Part shown: positions 44,140-54,711 of the stretch, piece by piece
Position numbering within the stretch: position 1 is the first letter of the stretch
Layout of the letters: every line of letters starts with the position of its first letter
Origin: Mariniphaga sp.
GTDB taxonomy: Bacteria; Bacteroidota; Bacteroidia; Bacteroidales; Prolixibacteraceae
DNA: 64,000 nucleotides
Direction: 5' to 3'
NCBI GenBank assembly: GCA_041686935.1
Contig: JAWLCW010000005.1
Span: forward strand, 179,715 to 243,714
Made by a program: the position numbers and the translations under genes
Notes under the pieces: model-generated
What the model saw: only the letters and a program-made list of their open reading frames with translations
What the model was told of the DNA's origin: nothing
Databases searched by the model: none

Positions 44140-47100
44140 TTATTCTTTTACCATGTAAATTTCCATATCCTGCATTAGCCCGTAATTAAGCAGGTCGTAT
44201 TCCCTGCCCGGAGGTTTTTCATCCGGTGCATATTTGAAACTCCAGGGAGTTACAATTCCCCGTCTTGTTACATTATGATGCGGTCCCAAAGTATTTTTCA
44301 GACTTCCCGCTACCTTGACTGTGACTTTATGATTTCCGTAAGGCAGATGAAATTTGATTATGTCAGTTGGAAGCTGAATAATACCCTGGTGTTCTCCGTT
44401 TACAAGAATCTCGGCCACGGTTCCCTCCCATTTGGGCAGTTTTACCGCATAAGTACCTTCGGTTTTTGCATCCAGATTTTTGGTGTAGGCCACTACCTGA
44501 CCATAAAATGGCATTCCCTGTTCTTTCCATGATCCGATTTTCAGGTTTTGATCGTTCGTAATTTTCCATCCGTTTTCGGCCGGAATTACTGAAAAACTTC
44601 CCAGCAAATAAACAGGCTGGAGCTCGCAAAATATAGAAAACGGCGATGCCTTAAGCACGATAACATTTTTTCCACTTTTTACCAGATTTGTTATTTGAAA
44701 AACATGAAAATCAGGGTCGAGAAATGTAATATTTCCATCGGTTGAAACCCTTTTTCCGTTTACCTCAACCTGATAAAGCCACGGGCGCTCAACCACCAGT
44801 TGCAAATCGGCGGAATCAAATTCATCTTCAATAAAAAACGGATAGGTTACCGAAAAACCGGTTCCAGCCGGGAAATTATTTGCATCAACCAATTCTGTTT
44901 TAAACTGGCTGGATGAAACCCATGGATTATCGGGGAATCCGTGAGCTTTCCATATTTCGTTGGCTGCTGTGTAATAGTACATAGGCTCCTGTTTGTACTT
45001 ACCGAGGGTTAGTTCCACATAATCGATAGTGAAAACATTAGGATTTACCCTTGAAACAATCGTTTTGCCATTTGCAGGTGAAAGTTCAAAAACCGGTTCA
45101 GCACTGCCGTCACTTTTTCCTCGTCTATTAGAGATAAAAAACAACCGGCTTTCCGATGGAGGAAGTACAACACTGAAACTCACGTTCCCGCTTTTTCTTT
45201 TAAAAGTTCCCGGCTTAATGTGGCCGTCGTGTGCATTTAATTCCAAAACCGATTTCCCTTCCATTTGGATAATCAGCCCGGATGTTTCTTCTTTATGGAA
45301 ATTGGTCAGAAAGAGCAGTTGCCCGTCGTCGAATTCCCTGCGCATGTGAAATACCTTTCCCTTGATGCTGTCTGGATTTTCAAATTTTATTCTTTTATTT
45401 TCAGCCAGTTTTATCATGAATTCGCGGTTGATTTGAACCGGATAACTCCAGCTTTCGTTTTGCTGCAATTCAGAAAAATTTTGATTATTTCCATTAACAA
45501 ACTGCAGGTTTTGGTCCAACTGAATAACTTTACCTCCATTTCCGGCAAATTCCCTGAGCAGTTCAAATGTTTTACTGTCTGTGTTTTCCAGTCCGGGCGG
45601 AAGGATTATTGTCTGGTATTCAGCCTTATTTACAATAAATTTTCCAGTTTCAATTCTGCCATGATCTTTAATAATGTTTTCGCTTCCCAAATCATATTCA
45701 ACTTTGAAAAGCTCCAGTTGATTCAGAAAATCTTCAAACTTATGTTTTACCCGGTTCATTTCCTGGTTTTCTGAAGCAGCCGGATTGTAATACATCCAGG
45801 CTGTTGTTGTGGGTTCAATTACGAGAATATTATTTTTTTGAAATCCGGAAGAAAGGGCAAGTGAAAGGCGTGCAAAGTAATCGGCCTGATAACGGTAAAC
45901 ACCCCAGTACGGAGCATGCGGACCAAATGACTGCGGAAAATCGTGTTTTCGGTCACCGGCCAGCGACATGTAAGAGAGGTGCTGGTTCATTAGGTTTACG
46001 CCCAGAGCATACTGCCAGTCTCCAAGTCGTTTCATGTCGTTGAATGTCAGTTCCCATCCGGCCGCACCGTATGTTTCGCTAAGGGCCCGGTGACGCCCAA
46101 ACTGGTTGACTACCGATGAAAGTTCCTTCACGTTTCGTACATTTCCAAACTGGTCGGGACGTTCTTTTTCTGAGTTAAAAAGCATATCAATTCCCGGAAC
46201 CTGATGCCAGGCGTACATGGCCATATTGTCCGGTCCTTCCTTGGGGTTTGGCCAGCCGTGTTCCCAGTAATGACCGGTCCATGCCAGGTTTTTTTCTTCG
46301 GTATATTTGTACCAGGGTTTCGACCAGCGATCAATAAACAACTGTAAAATGGTTGATTGGTAATTATTCCTGACTTTTTTCCAGTCGCCGGTTTCGGTTA
46401 TTAACGACATGAGATGCGGTTCAAGCCTGTATCCCCAATGCTTTTCAAATTGTTCGTATAAATCGGGAGTATAACGTATCGGACCGGCGCTTCGGGTATT
46501 TGTATTAGGTTCGTCGGTGAAAACGCCCGGAACCCTTTTCCCAAATTCATGCCCCAGTGTTTTTTCATATCCGGGCATGGTTATTTCCATAAATTTTTCG
46601 GTTACACCCGGTTTCAGCAAGTCAACATAAGAATATCCGCCAAACCATTTAGAAGTTTCGTAATCGTTTAAATGGAGCAGGCAGTATTCACCTTTTTTGC
46701 CCAACTCTGTTTTTACTGATTCCGTGATTTCCTGCCAGGAATCACCTTCCTTTTTAAAAATATGCTTTACCCGTTCCAGATTATCAGGTACTTCCAGTAC
46801 ATTGATATAGTGAGGTTTTAATGCCACTCCTTCGCTATTGGCTTCGGGCATTTGCGCAGCCACATGGCCTCCGGCAAAACCGCTTGGAAACGAGTTTTCA
46901 TCATAAATCCAAAGTTTTAAATCCAGTTCTTCAGCTTTTTTCAGTGAATACTCCACCAGTTCCCACCAGTCATCTGAAAGGTATTCCGTAATCAGCCCGT
47001 AACGCGGATGCAGGAAAACACCTCCAATCCCCTGATCTTTAAATGCCAGTAAAGTGCGGTCGATATCGTCTTTTGAAACATCGTTGTTCCACACCCAAAA

Positions 47101-47253
47101 AGGCGCTGTGCGATATTCGGCGGGAGGATCTTTAAAACAGGATGCCAATTGTGTGAACCAGGTTATTCTTTCACCTTCCTGTGTTTCGGTTGGGGTATTT
47201 GTGTGGCATGAAAACAGGAGGGAAACTGTAAACACCAAAATAAATTGCTTCAT
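44140..47253 (-). CDS. Large exported glycoside hydrolase, family not assignable by eye
   Basis: 1037 aa with the lipoprotein-like signal LLFSC. The block PFWVWN...GIGGVFLHPR...WIYDENSFPSGFAGG recurs in large Bacteroidota glycosidases. Confidence 0.5.
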   Translation of the reverse strand: MKQFILVFTVSLLFSCHTNTPTETQEGERITWFTQLASCFKDPPAEYRTAPFWVWNNDVSKDDIDRTLLAFKDQGIGGVFLHPRYGLITEYLSDDWWELVEYSLKKAEELDLKLWIYDENSFPSGFAGGHVAAQMPEANSEGVALKPHYINVLEVPDNLERVKHIFKKEGDSWQEITESVKTELGKKGEYCLLHLNDYETSKWFGGYSYVDLLKPGVTEKFMEITMPGYEKTLGHEFGKRVPGVFTDEPNTNTRSAGPIRYTPDLYEQFEKHWGYRLEPHLMSLITETGDWKKVRNNYQSTILQLFIDRWSKPWYKYTEEKNLAWTGHYWEHGWPNPKEGPDNMAMYAWHQVPGIDMLFNSEKERPDQFGNVRNVKELSSVVNQFGRHRALSETYGAAGWELTFNDMKRLGDWQYALGVNLMNQHLSYMSLAGDRKHDFPQSFGPHAPYWGVYRYQADYFARLSLALSSGFQKNNILVIEPTTTAWMYYNPAASENQEMNRVKHKFEDFLNQLELFKVEYDLGSENIIKDHGRIETGKFIVNKAEYQTIILPPGLENTDSKTFELLREFAGNGGKVIQLDQNLQFVNGNNQNFSELQQNESWSYPVQINREFMIKLAENKRIKFENPDSIKGKVFHMRREFDDGQLLFLTNFHKEETSGLIIQMEGKSVLELNAHDGHIKPGTFKRKSGNVSFSVVLPPSESRLFFISNRRGKSDGSAEPVFELSPANGKTIVSRVNPNVFTIDYVELTLGKYKQEPMYYYTAANEIWKAHGFPDNPWVSSSQFKTELVDANNFPAGTGFSVTYPFFIEDEFDSADLQLVVERPWLYQVEVNGKRVSTDGNITFLDPDFHVFQITNLVKSGKNVIVLKASPFSIFCELQPVYLLGSFSVIPAENGWKITNDQNLKIGSWKEQGMPFYGQVVAYTKNLDAKTEGTYAVKLPKWEGTVAEILVNGEHQGIIQLPTDIIKFHLPYGNHKVTVKVAGSLKNTLGPHHNVTRRGIVTPWSFKYAPDEKPPGREYDLLNYGLMQDMEIYMVKE

Positions 47254-47331
47254 GGTTTTTTAAATTTGTTCAAAAATAGAGAATTTCGGAAAAAGAAAAC
47301 AGAGATGGAGTTTCAAATTATATACTTGTGA

Positions 47332-48852
47332 TTACTGTTTTGAACTCAATTTTTCCTGAATCCGGATTAAAACCTCACGGTTATTGTATCCGCTGCAATG
47401 TCCTGTCACGGGAGTAAATTGAATAACGGCGTCTGACTTCGGGTTATCAATTTTTTGCAGCATTTCATCAAATGCACGCAGGGCAGGGTTGAGGTAAAAC
47501 TCATCCATGTCGCCCATCCAAATCCAAATCTTTCCCTCTATTTTAGGGCCCAGGGTTTCCCAGTTGGTTTCCACGAAATATTTCAGATCGTATTTGCGCC
47601 AGTGTTCAGCCACTTCGTGGTCAATTGCGCCGGTATGCGGATCGAATAACGGTTTGGGCAGGCCATCTTCTCCTTTCTGACTGTAAAGCGCGGTAAAGGC
47701 GCTAAACTGCCCGCCCGATGTAGTGTAGGTGTCGTTCCATCCCAACACATTTTCAAACTGAATAAAATCCTTTTGTGAAACCACCGGCTCGCCTGAAATA
47801 TCCCTGACTATTGGGCGAAGGTAGCCATGCTCGTTTATAAAAGCATTCTCATCGCGGTAAATATTGATGAGTTGGAAGTTTTCAAAATCAACCGGATCCG
47901 GACTGTAAGAAAAACATCCGCCAAAAAAGTCGGGATAAAACAATTGCAGAGCCAGTGATACCCATCCGCCTGTGCTGCAACCATCCAAAAATCTGGTTTC
48001 CGGTGTTCCAACACCACGGAATTGAATTTCAATTAACGGAATCAATTCTTCGATCAGAGCCGTTCCGTAAGGCCCGCTGTTTTCCGAATCGAGTTGGTAA
48101 CAATCGCCAAATGGTCCTTCGCCATCAAGGAAAACATTGATGATTTGCGGCGCTTCATCCGATTGCCACCAGTTGAGGAACGACTGGTCCCACTGTACAA
48201 ACCGGTTGGCACGGGTAAAGCGCCCGCCATAACCGGCAATATTGTAGCGCACCGGGTATCTGCGGTTTGGTTCGTTGTAAAAAGAAGAAGGAAGCAAAAC
48301 TGCAGCTTTTATGCGCATTTCCTTATTCCACCATTCTGAAAGCACCGGACTCCTGTATTCAACTTCTTTTAACAGCGGATGTTCGGCAAGTTGCTGTGGT
48401 TCAATTTTGAATTTAAGCGGCAATTCCAATGATTCATCCCCATGAAATTCAATGCGCACCGATTCACTGTATAAATTTCCGGAGGCATTAATCTGGGATT
48501 CCTCCCGATCCTGATCCCACAATACCTGTACGGTATAACTTCCGTGTGGCAGTTCACCGAGTGAAATTTCAACCGATTTGGTAAGCTCCGTGGCTGCATC
48601 GAAAGTAAATACACTTTTGGGATTCCAGTTTTCGATATTAGTGGCAAATATTTTATTCGATTTATTGGGCCAGGTATTTCTCCTGGGTTCACTCATCATA
48701 CTTGAACTTACAAACAAAAAAATGCGTCCGGAAGATTTAAAATCGTTTTGAATCTCTTCTGCAATGCGGGTTTTAACAGTGAGGGAGCCCGTTTGAGCCA
48801 GGGCGTATTGAAAGGAGAAGATGATTGTAAAAACCAGACAAAACTGTTTCAT
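47332..48852 (-). CDS. Secreted esterase-family protein (alpha/beta hydrolase)
   Basis: 506 aa with a signal peptide. The C-terminal putative-esterase fold has a GCSTGGW nucleophile elbow. Confidence 0.55.
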   Translation of the reverse strand: MKQFCLVFTIIFSFQYALAQTGSLTVKTRIAEEIQNDFKSSGRIFLFVSSSMMSEPRRNTWPNKSNKIFATNIENWNPKSVFTFDAATELTKSVEISLGELPHGSYTVQVLWDQDREESQINASGNLYSESVRIEFHGDESLELPLKFKIEPQQLAEHPLLKEVEYRSPVLSEWWNKEMRIKAAVLLPSSFYNEPNRRYPVRYNIAGYGGRFTRANRFVQWDQSFLNWWQSDEAPQIINVFLDGEGPFGDCYQLDSENSGPYGTALIEELIPLIEIQFRGVGTPETRFLDGCSTGGWVSLALQLFYPDFFGGCFSYSPDPVDFENFQLINIYRDENAFINEHGYLRPIVRDISGEPVVSQKDFIQFENVLGWNDTYTTSGGQFSAFTALYSQKGEDGLPKPLFDPHTGAIDHEVAEHWRKYDLKYFVETNWETLGPKIEGKIWIWMGDMDEFYLNPALRAFDEMLQKIDNPKSDAVIQFTPVTGHCSGYNNREVLIRIQEKLSSKQ

Positions 48853-48966
48853 TGAGTCAAATTTTAATTTTTAACAGAACTAACATCAATTCAAAGCCAA
48901 ATTTAGAAAATTTTGTTAAACGTGACGGGCAAGCCAGAATTGTTCAGAGCAAAACCTCAAAAGTTA

Positions 48967-48974
48967 TATCTTTG
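48967..48974 (+). promoter_or_regulatory. Bacteroidota -7 promoter motif TAnnTTTG upstream of fumarase
   Basis: TATCTTTG lies 29 nt upstream of ATG 49003. Confidence 0.4.
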
Positions 48975-49002
48975 CAGAACATTCAATTTAAAACAAAAAA
49001 AA

Positions 49003-50607
49003 ATGACGGATTTTAGATATCAAAAACCCTTTCCGATTTTAAAAGATGATACACAATACCGGTTGCTTACCAAAGATTATGTTTCAGAAGTGGAATGTGA
49101 TGGACGCAAATTAGTGAAAGTTGCTCCCGAAGGTTTGGAACTCCTTGCCAGAGAAGCTTTCACCGATGTGTCGTTTTATCTGCGGGCATCTCACCTTGAA
49201 AAACTGGCAAAAATTCTGAAAGATCCCGAAGCAACTGACAACGACCGTTTTGTAGCACACACTATGTTGCTGAACCAGGTTGTTTCGGCCGAGGGTGAAC
49301 TGCCAACCTGCCAGGATACCGGAACTGCAATTGTTATGGGGAAAAAGGGTGAAAATGTGTTTACGGGTGTAAACGATGCCAAACATTTGTCACAGGGAAT
49401 TTTCGATACGTTTAAAGAAAAAAATCTGCGCTACTCGCAGGTGGTTCCTTTTACCATGACCGAAGAAAAAAATACCGGTACCAACCTGCCGGCGCAAATC
49501 GATATTTATGCTGAAGAAGGGAATTCTTATGAATTTTTGTTTATTACAAAAGGCGGAGGTTCGGCCAATAAAAGCTTTTTGTACCAGCAAACCAAATCGT
49601 TGTTAACCGAAGAAAACCTCACCAAATTTGTGAAGGAGAAGATTAACGATTTAGGAACCTCAGCTTGCCCGCCTTACCATTTGGCGCTGGTTATTGGCGG
49701 AACTTCGGCAGAAGCAACGCTTGCAGCAGTAAAAAAAGCCTCTGCCGGTTATTACGATAATTTACCTGCCGAAGGAAACGAGGGCGGCCAGGCTTTCCGC
49801 GATTTGGAATGGGAGGAAAAAGTAACGCAAATTTGCCGTGAAAGTGGAATCGGAGCCCAGTTTGGCGGGAAATATTTTGTGCATGATGTTCGCGTAATCC
49901 GGTTACCTCGCCATGCAGCTTCCTGTCCGGTTGGGCTTGGAGTGAGTTGCAGTGCCGATCGCAACATCAAAGCAAAAATTACTGCCGACGGAATTTTCCT
50001 TGAAGAACTGGAGAAAAATCCGGCAAGGTTTCTGCCCAAAGAAGCACCGTATTTGCAGCCGGCTGTTGACATTAATCTCGACCAGCCCATGGAAGATATT
50101 CTGAAAGAGTTGAGCAAACACCCGGTGAAAACCCGGCTGAATTTGAACGGAACGTTGATTGTGGCCCGCGACATTGCCCACGCACAAATTAAAACAATGC
50201 TCGACGAAGGCAAACTCATGCCAGAGTATTTTAAAAACCACCCTGTTTACTATGCGGGACCGGCGAAAACGCCAAAAGGAATGGCCTCGGGAAGTTTTGG
50301 ACCGACAACTGCCGGAAGGATGGATCCGTATGTGGATGAGTTCATGAGCCACGGTGGTTCGATGGTGATGCTGGCCAAAGGAAACCGTTCACAGGCGGTA
50401 ACCGATGCCTGCAAAAAACATGGCGGATTTTACCTCGGTTCCATTGGCGGTCCGGCAGCAATTCTTGCAAAAGACAGCATAAAATCAGTTGAGGTAATAG
50501 ATTTCCCGGATTTAGGAATGGAAGCGGTACGGAAGATTAAAGTGGAGAATTTTCCCGCCTTCATTATTGTTGATGACAAAGGGAATGATTTCTTTAAGCA
50601 GTTGTAG
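49003..50607 (+). CDS. fumB: Fumarate hydratase, class I (Fe-S)
   Basis: I chose the start at [11 protein letters not shown]. The blocks [20 protein letters not shown] and, in the C-terminal domain, YYAGPAKTP...GPTTAGRMD are typical of class I fumarases. Confidence 0.9.
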   Translation: MTDFRYQKPFPILKDDTQYRLLTKDYVSEVECDGRKLVKVAPEGLELLAREAFTDVSFYLRASHLEKLAKILKDPEATDNDRFVAHTMLLNQVVSAEGELPTCQDTGTAIVMGKKGENVFTGVNDAKHLSQGIFDTFKEKNLRYSQVVPFTMTEEKNTGTNLPAQIDIYAEEGNSYEFLFITKGGGSANKSFLYQQTKSLLTEENLTKFVKEKINDLGTSACPPYHLALVIGGTSAEATLAAVKKASAGYYDNLPAEGNEGGQAFRDLEWEEKVTQICRESGIGAQFGGKYFVHDVRVIRLPRHAASCPVGLGVSCSADRNIKAKITADGIFLEELEKNPARFLPKEAPYLQPAVDINLDQPMEDILKELSKHPVKTRLNLNGTLIVARDIAHAQIKTMLDEGKLMPEYFKNHPVYYAGPAKTPKGMASGSFGPTTAGRMDPYVDEFMSHGGSMVMLAKGNRSQAVTDACKKHGGFYLGSIGGPAAILAKDSIKSVEVIDFPDLGMEAVRKIKVENFPAFIIVDDKGNDFFKQL

Positions 50608-50646
50608 TCAACTTTTGAATTTGTGGGATTTATTGTGGCGGACAGG

Positions 50647-50700
50647 CCCGCCTTCATTATGGTTGACGACAAAGGAAATGACTTTTTCAAACAGTTATAA
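50647..50700 (+). pseudogene. Ghost copy of a fumarase 3' end
   Basis: This 54 nt encodes [17 protein letters not shown]. The authentic end at 50554-50607 encodes [17 protein letters not shown]. The two differ at 9 positions, all of them third-codon positions. Confidence 0.7.
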
Positions 50701-50739
50701 TGAAAAGGATATAAAGATGGAATTCTTTTAGTACTTGTC

Positions 50740-51549
50740 CTATTCAAAATAATCGGAATACGGCTCGCAGCAGGCAAAATATTCGCCGGGAGTAAAGCCG
50801 GAAAGGCTTTTAAAATCGTTTATCATGTGCGATTGGTCGTAGTACCCGCAGTCGCAGGCTAGTTGGGTGAGGGAAACCGATTTCTGCTTGAATTTGGTGT
50901 GCAGCGCATTTTGAAATCGGACTGTTTTCAGAAATTGCCTTGGCGAAGTTCCCACAAATGCAGAGAAATTTCGTTCAAACTGTTTGCGGCTCAGGCAGGT
51001 TAGTTCCGACAGTTGTTCGGTGGAAACCAGTCCTTTCGTGCGATTAATTTCCGAAAGACAGGAATTTATTCTGCTAAATTCGTGGTGTTTGTAGTTTTTA
51101 GCCAGCCTTTTTAACAAAAATTTTTCAGCTACCCTAACTTTTTCCAGAAACGTTTCTGCCGCTGATAGCTTTGATTCCAGCTCTGGAGCTTCACTTTTTA
51201 CAATAAATTTCAAAGGTACATTTTGAGCGAACAGCTCATTTACGGGAATATCAAAAAATAGAGATGCCCCGTGTGGTTGAAAGAGAATGGAAAAAAGGGA
51301 AAGTTTACCGGAAACCTCCAAATCGTAAAATCCTTTTTGCTGCCCGGAAATACAGGTGTTTTCCGGAATTGATTTTTTATTTCCAACGGTTTTTGGCCGG
51401 TGTTCAAAGTAAAATATGAGTTCCGGCAGGCCGCTGGGCACAATGCGCTGAATGTGCTTTTCGCCTGCCGGCAAACAGTTCTCCAAAGCCCAGTATTTTT
51501 TTATGAACGGGGCCAGGTAAAGAGAGGGATATGCTGTTTGTAAACTCAT
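50740..51549 (-). CDS. AraC family transcriptional regulator
   Basis: 269 aa with a C-terminal double HTH (LSRKQFERNFSAFVGTSPRQFLKTVRFQNAL...ACDCGYYDQSHMINDFK). Confidence 0.8.
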   Translation of the reverse strand: MSLQTAYPSLYLAPFIKKYWALENCLPAGEKHIQRIVPSGLPELIFYFEHRPKTVGNKKSIPENTCISGQQKGFYDLEVSGKLSLFSILFQPHGASLFFDIPVNELFAQNVPLKFIVKSEAPELESKLSAAETFLEKVRVAEKFLLKRLAKNYKHHEFSRINSCLSEINRTKGLVSTEQLSELTCLSRKQFERNFSAFVGTSPRQFLKTVRFQNALHTKFKQKSVSLTQLACDCGYYDQSHMINDFKSLSGFTPGEYFACCEPYSDYFE

Positions 51550-51552
51550 AAT

Positions 51553-51912
51553 TTACTCGTCCCCGTAAAGTCCCATCCGGTTGCCTTCGGAATCGGTGAA
51601 CAGGGCAAACCAACCGCGCCCTTCGGCTTCGATTTTTGTTTTGGGCTGAACCACTGAACCACCGTTTTCAACGATTTTTTCGAGTGTGGCCTCCAGATTT
51701 TTTCCAGTGTTCAGGCTCACAATCACGCCGTCTTTCGACGGTTTAAAGCCAGGGGCCAACGAAATGGCGCCTTCGCCGGACGGGAAACAGGCCATTTTTT
51801 CTTTACCGAAATCCATTCCTTCCAAACCGAGGTTAAAAACGGAGTTGTAAAAATTTACTGCACGTTCGAAATTTTCTGCCGGGATTTCCACCCATGAAAT
51901 GATTTTTTCCAT
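51553..51912 (-). CDS. VOC (glyoxalase/bleomycin-resistance) family protein
   Basis: 119 aa. ISWVEIPAENFERAVNFY...GWFALFTDSEGNRMGLY is typical VOC pattern. Confidence 0.8.
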   Translation of the reverse strand: MEKIISWVEIPAENFERAVNFYNSVFNLGLEGMDFGKEKMACFPSGEGAISLAPGFKPSKDGVIVSLNTGKNLEATLEKIVENGGSVVQPKTKIEAEGRGWFALFTDSEGNRMGLYGDE

Positions 51913-52000
51913 TTTCTGATATTTTTAAAATTTGACTTTGATTTGACCCGACAAAAATATTTTTCGGGAGCTAATCAAAATTGGAAAAATGCGACATTCT

Positions 52001-52993
52001 TTAATCAATGTAATTTTTGAAAAACTCCACAATCTCATTTTTAACCGCTTCGGGTTGTTCGTGACCCATTCCGGGAAAAGTTTTTACCGTTGAATTTACG
52101 TTTTCCCGCTCGTAGATTTCCCTGCATTTTTGCCAGCGGGTAGGTTGCATTTCCTTGCCAAGCAGATTGAAAACCAGTTCCCGTTCATCCAAATCGTAGC
52201 CGTCTTCGTAAGGAATGGCGTCGTTATCGTCCAGTTCACCCATGTAAAGGAATTGCGGCGTATTTTTAAATGCTTCGGTATTAAAAGGTTTTCCAAACAA
52301 ATCCTGAAAATCATTCACACCCAGCGGAAAGTTTAACGGTTCGTTTTCCAGTTTTTCCAGCGGAAGAATGAGCAACCCGTTTAGCCCGCCGGCAGCGGCA
52401 GCCAAAATTTTATCGAGATGAACTGCCGTAAACCGGTTCACAAACGTTCCTGAAGCCGAAAAGCCTGTCATCAGGAATTTTTCGTTTAGCCGGAATCCTT
52501 TTTCTGCGAGTTTCTTTTTGGCATCTTCCACCATCGCCAAAAGTTGCAGGTCAATTCGTTCCAAATCATTTCCCTTTTGACGGACTACATCGCGATCGAA
52601 AGCGTGGGTGTAAATTTTCCAGTCGGTTTCGGGTCTCGGAAATACCGGGACAAGCAGCGGATACTTTAGTTTCCGGGCGACGTAATTTCCGGTGTAAAAT
52701 TCAAGACTGGCAGTTCGTTTGGCTTTTTCGATATGCTTTTCAAGGTCATCACTAACAAAACCTGAATTGTTGGGCTCCACAATCAAAACCAGCTCTTCTT
52801 CATGATTCATGTCATCGGGAATAAAAAGAAAATAAGGGAAGTTGAATCCGCTTTCCGGCCTGGCTTCGGTAAAAATTAATTCTCCGTTTTTTACGCCATT
52901 CTTACACGAACCCACCAGAATAGAAATCGCAATAATACAATAATACAATACAAATGAAAGTTGGATTTTTTTTCGCGGTTTTGGTTCTGTCAT
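52001..52993 (-). CDS. Hypothetical exported alpha/beta-hydrolase-like protein
   Basis: 330 aa with an N-terminal anchor/lipobox (LVGSC) and a possible nucleophile elbow GFSASG. Confidence 0.4.
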   Translation of the reverse strand: MTEPKPRKKIQLSFVLYYCIIAISILVGSCKNGVKNGELIFTEARPESGFNFPYFLFIPDDMNHEEELVLIVEPNNSGFVSDDLEKHIEKAKRTASLEFYTGNYVARKLKYPLLVPVFPRPETDWKIYTHAFDRDVVRQKGNDLERIDLQLLAMVEDAKKKLAEKGFRLNEKFLMTGFSASGTFVNRFTAVHLDKILAAAAGGLNGLLILPLEKLENEPLNFPLGVNDFQDLFGKPFNTEAFKNTPQFLYMGELDDNDAIPYEDGYDLDERELVFNLLGKEMQPTRWQKCREIYERENVNSTVKTFPGMGHEQPEAVKNEIVEFFKNYID

Positions 52994-53034
52994 CCTTTTA
53001 ATTTTTTTTGTTAGTCAGGAAACGACGGGCAGAA

Positions 53035-53856
53035 TTACACATGCTCCGTGTTGTAACTGATATCTGTTATTTCGAGTTTGAGCCACGTCCATGGTCCGGA
53101 ATCCAGCATCCACGTGGCTTCCATTTTCGATGGAATTTTAATACCGCTAAATTCAGCATGTTCCTGCGCGGTTATTACCCATTCGTGACGCTTTGCATCC
53201 GCTGCATTTCCCATATAACGAAGAGCAATAAATTTTTCGAAAAACCCTTCGTTATTGAAATAAAAAGTGCCCGAACCGGTTGTTCCCTTGAAATTCAGGG
53301 TTGCCTTTGCGGAATGTGCGTCCAATTCTTCCCATGAAATATGAGGACTTACCATTCCGGAAGGAAACCAAACGGTTTCGCCAAGGTAGCGCTGCAATGT
53401 GCCTTCGTCCATTTTTTCGCCGGTTTCTTTTCCGAGGTTGAGAAGTCCGTTCAACGTCATCTGCATTTCGCCTTTGCCACCGATAAATTTGTCGCGCCCG
53501 AGCACTGAAACAAAGGGAGCCATTTTCAAACGCACCGTCCAGATAAATGCCGGGTTTTCGGCATTAAAAAACTGCTGGGTAACGGCCTGGTTCCATTTTT
53601 TTTGTTCCGGTTTCAGTTTCATCAAAAAGCTTTGTTTCAAGGCAACAGTTCGGGCTTTTTCTTTGCCAACTGCTCCCGAAACTTTCAGCCACTTTTGAAT
53701 TGGCGCAGGCAGGTGAATTATTTCTTCTTCAGTTAATATTTCACTTTTCCGGGAGGTTGCGTTTCCCAAAATACGAGAAGTTTCTTCTTTTATTTTTTGT
53801 TTGAATGAAGTCATACTCTGTTTTCTTTGATGTTTTTCACCATAAAAGCTGCACAT
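53035..53856 (-). CDS. Hypothetical protein
   Basis: 273-aa ORF with no recognisable motif. The start is uncertain and may be the internal MTSFKQKIKEE. Confidence 0.3.
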   Translation of the reverse strand: MCSFYGEKHQRKQSMTSFKQKIKEETSRILGNATSRKSEILTEEEIIHLPAPIQKWLKVSGAVGKEKARTVALKQSFLMKLKPEQKKWNQAVTQQFFNAENPAFIWTVRLKMAPFVSVLGRDKFIGGKGEMQMTLNGLLNLGKETGEKMDEGTLQRYLGETVWFPSGMVSPHISWEELDAHSAKATLNFKGTTGSGTFYFNNEGFFEKFIALRYMGNAADAKRHEWVITAQEHAEFSGIKIPSKMEATWMLDSGPWTWLKLEITDISYNTEHV

Positions 53857-53961
53857 AAAATAGTAACCAGATTGCGTAAATGGTTTTTTTCTCGCTTCAT
53901 TTTTGGTTTTTTTTTGAGTTCACCCTAAAAATGCCACAATCTCATTAAATTGCAAAATTTA

Positions 53962-54705
53962 TCAAAGATTTTGTGGTTTACATATAAATTTTTGAAGGTA
54001 TTTTTGCCATTCTTTCTTTAGCAATTCCCATGAGATTTCCCCACCGTGGCCAGGTAGAAATAATCGGTAACCGGTTTTTAAGAGTTTTTCCCAACTTTTT
54101 ATCATTTCCGGCACATCGTTGGCAAAAGGCGGAAAAACTGAATTTTTAAAAGTACCAATAAGTGTGTCGCCCACAATAGCAATTTCCTTGTCAACTAAAA
54201 TGCTTAAAGAACCTTCAGTGTGACCGGGCGTTGAAATGATGCGAATCAGCCTGCCAAATTCCTGCAATTCCAATTCATTTTCAATTAAAATATCCGGTAC
54301 GAAGGCTTTGTAACTGAAATGTTTTGTGTTCAGCCGTTTTCCCAAACCAACAATAATCCTGGAGAATCCGAACGTTCCCGAAGGCAGCGGCGTAAATCCG
54401 TTTCTGTAAAATTCTGCTTCTTTTTTGCTTACCAGAATTTTACAGTTTTCCTGCGCCTGAATTGATGCAGCATTCTGGCAATGGTCATAGTGAGTGTGAG
54501 TAAGTGCCAGAAAGTCTATGGATTTACCTTCTTCATTTAATCGTAGAAGATTTTTGTTCAGCTTTTTCCAGGAAGAATTTTTGCCGGTGTCAACCAATAG
54601 ACCTTTTGCACCATTCCAAACAAAATAAACGTTGCTTCTTCCTTTTAAAACCTTCAGGATTTCAAGGTTGTGCGTTGTCGTCCATTTTTTCAGTTTGACC
54701 GGCAT
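53962..54705 (-). CDS. MBL-fold metallo-hydrolase
   Basis: 247 aa. The HxHxDH motif is present as THTHYDH, with a later TPGHT. Confidence 0.85.
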   Translation of the reverse strand: MPVKLKKWTTTHNLEILKVLKGRSNVYFVWNGAKGLLVDTGKNSSWKKLNKNLLRLNEEGKSIDFLALTHTHYDHCQNAASIQAQENCKILVSKKEAEFYRNGFTPLPSGTFGFSRIIVGLGKRLNTKHFSYKAFVPDILIENELELQEFGRLIRIISTPGHTEGSLSILVDKEIAIVGDTLIGTFKNSVFPPFANDVPEMIKSWEKLLKTGYRLFLPGHGGEISWELLKKEWQKYLQKFICKPQNL

Positions 54706-54711
54706 TGGAAT

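Noticed and set aside
50430-50777. The 115-aa minus-strand ORF with an internal repeated peptide ([18 protein letters not shown] twice)
   Set aside because: It is the antisense translation of the fumarase 3' end and its ghost duplicate, so it is an artefact of the duplication rather than a gene.
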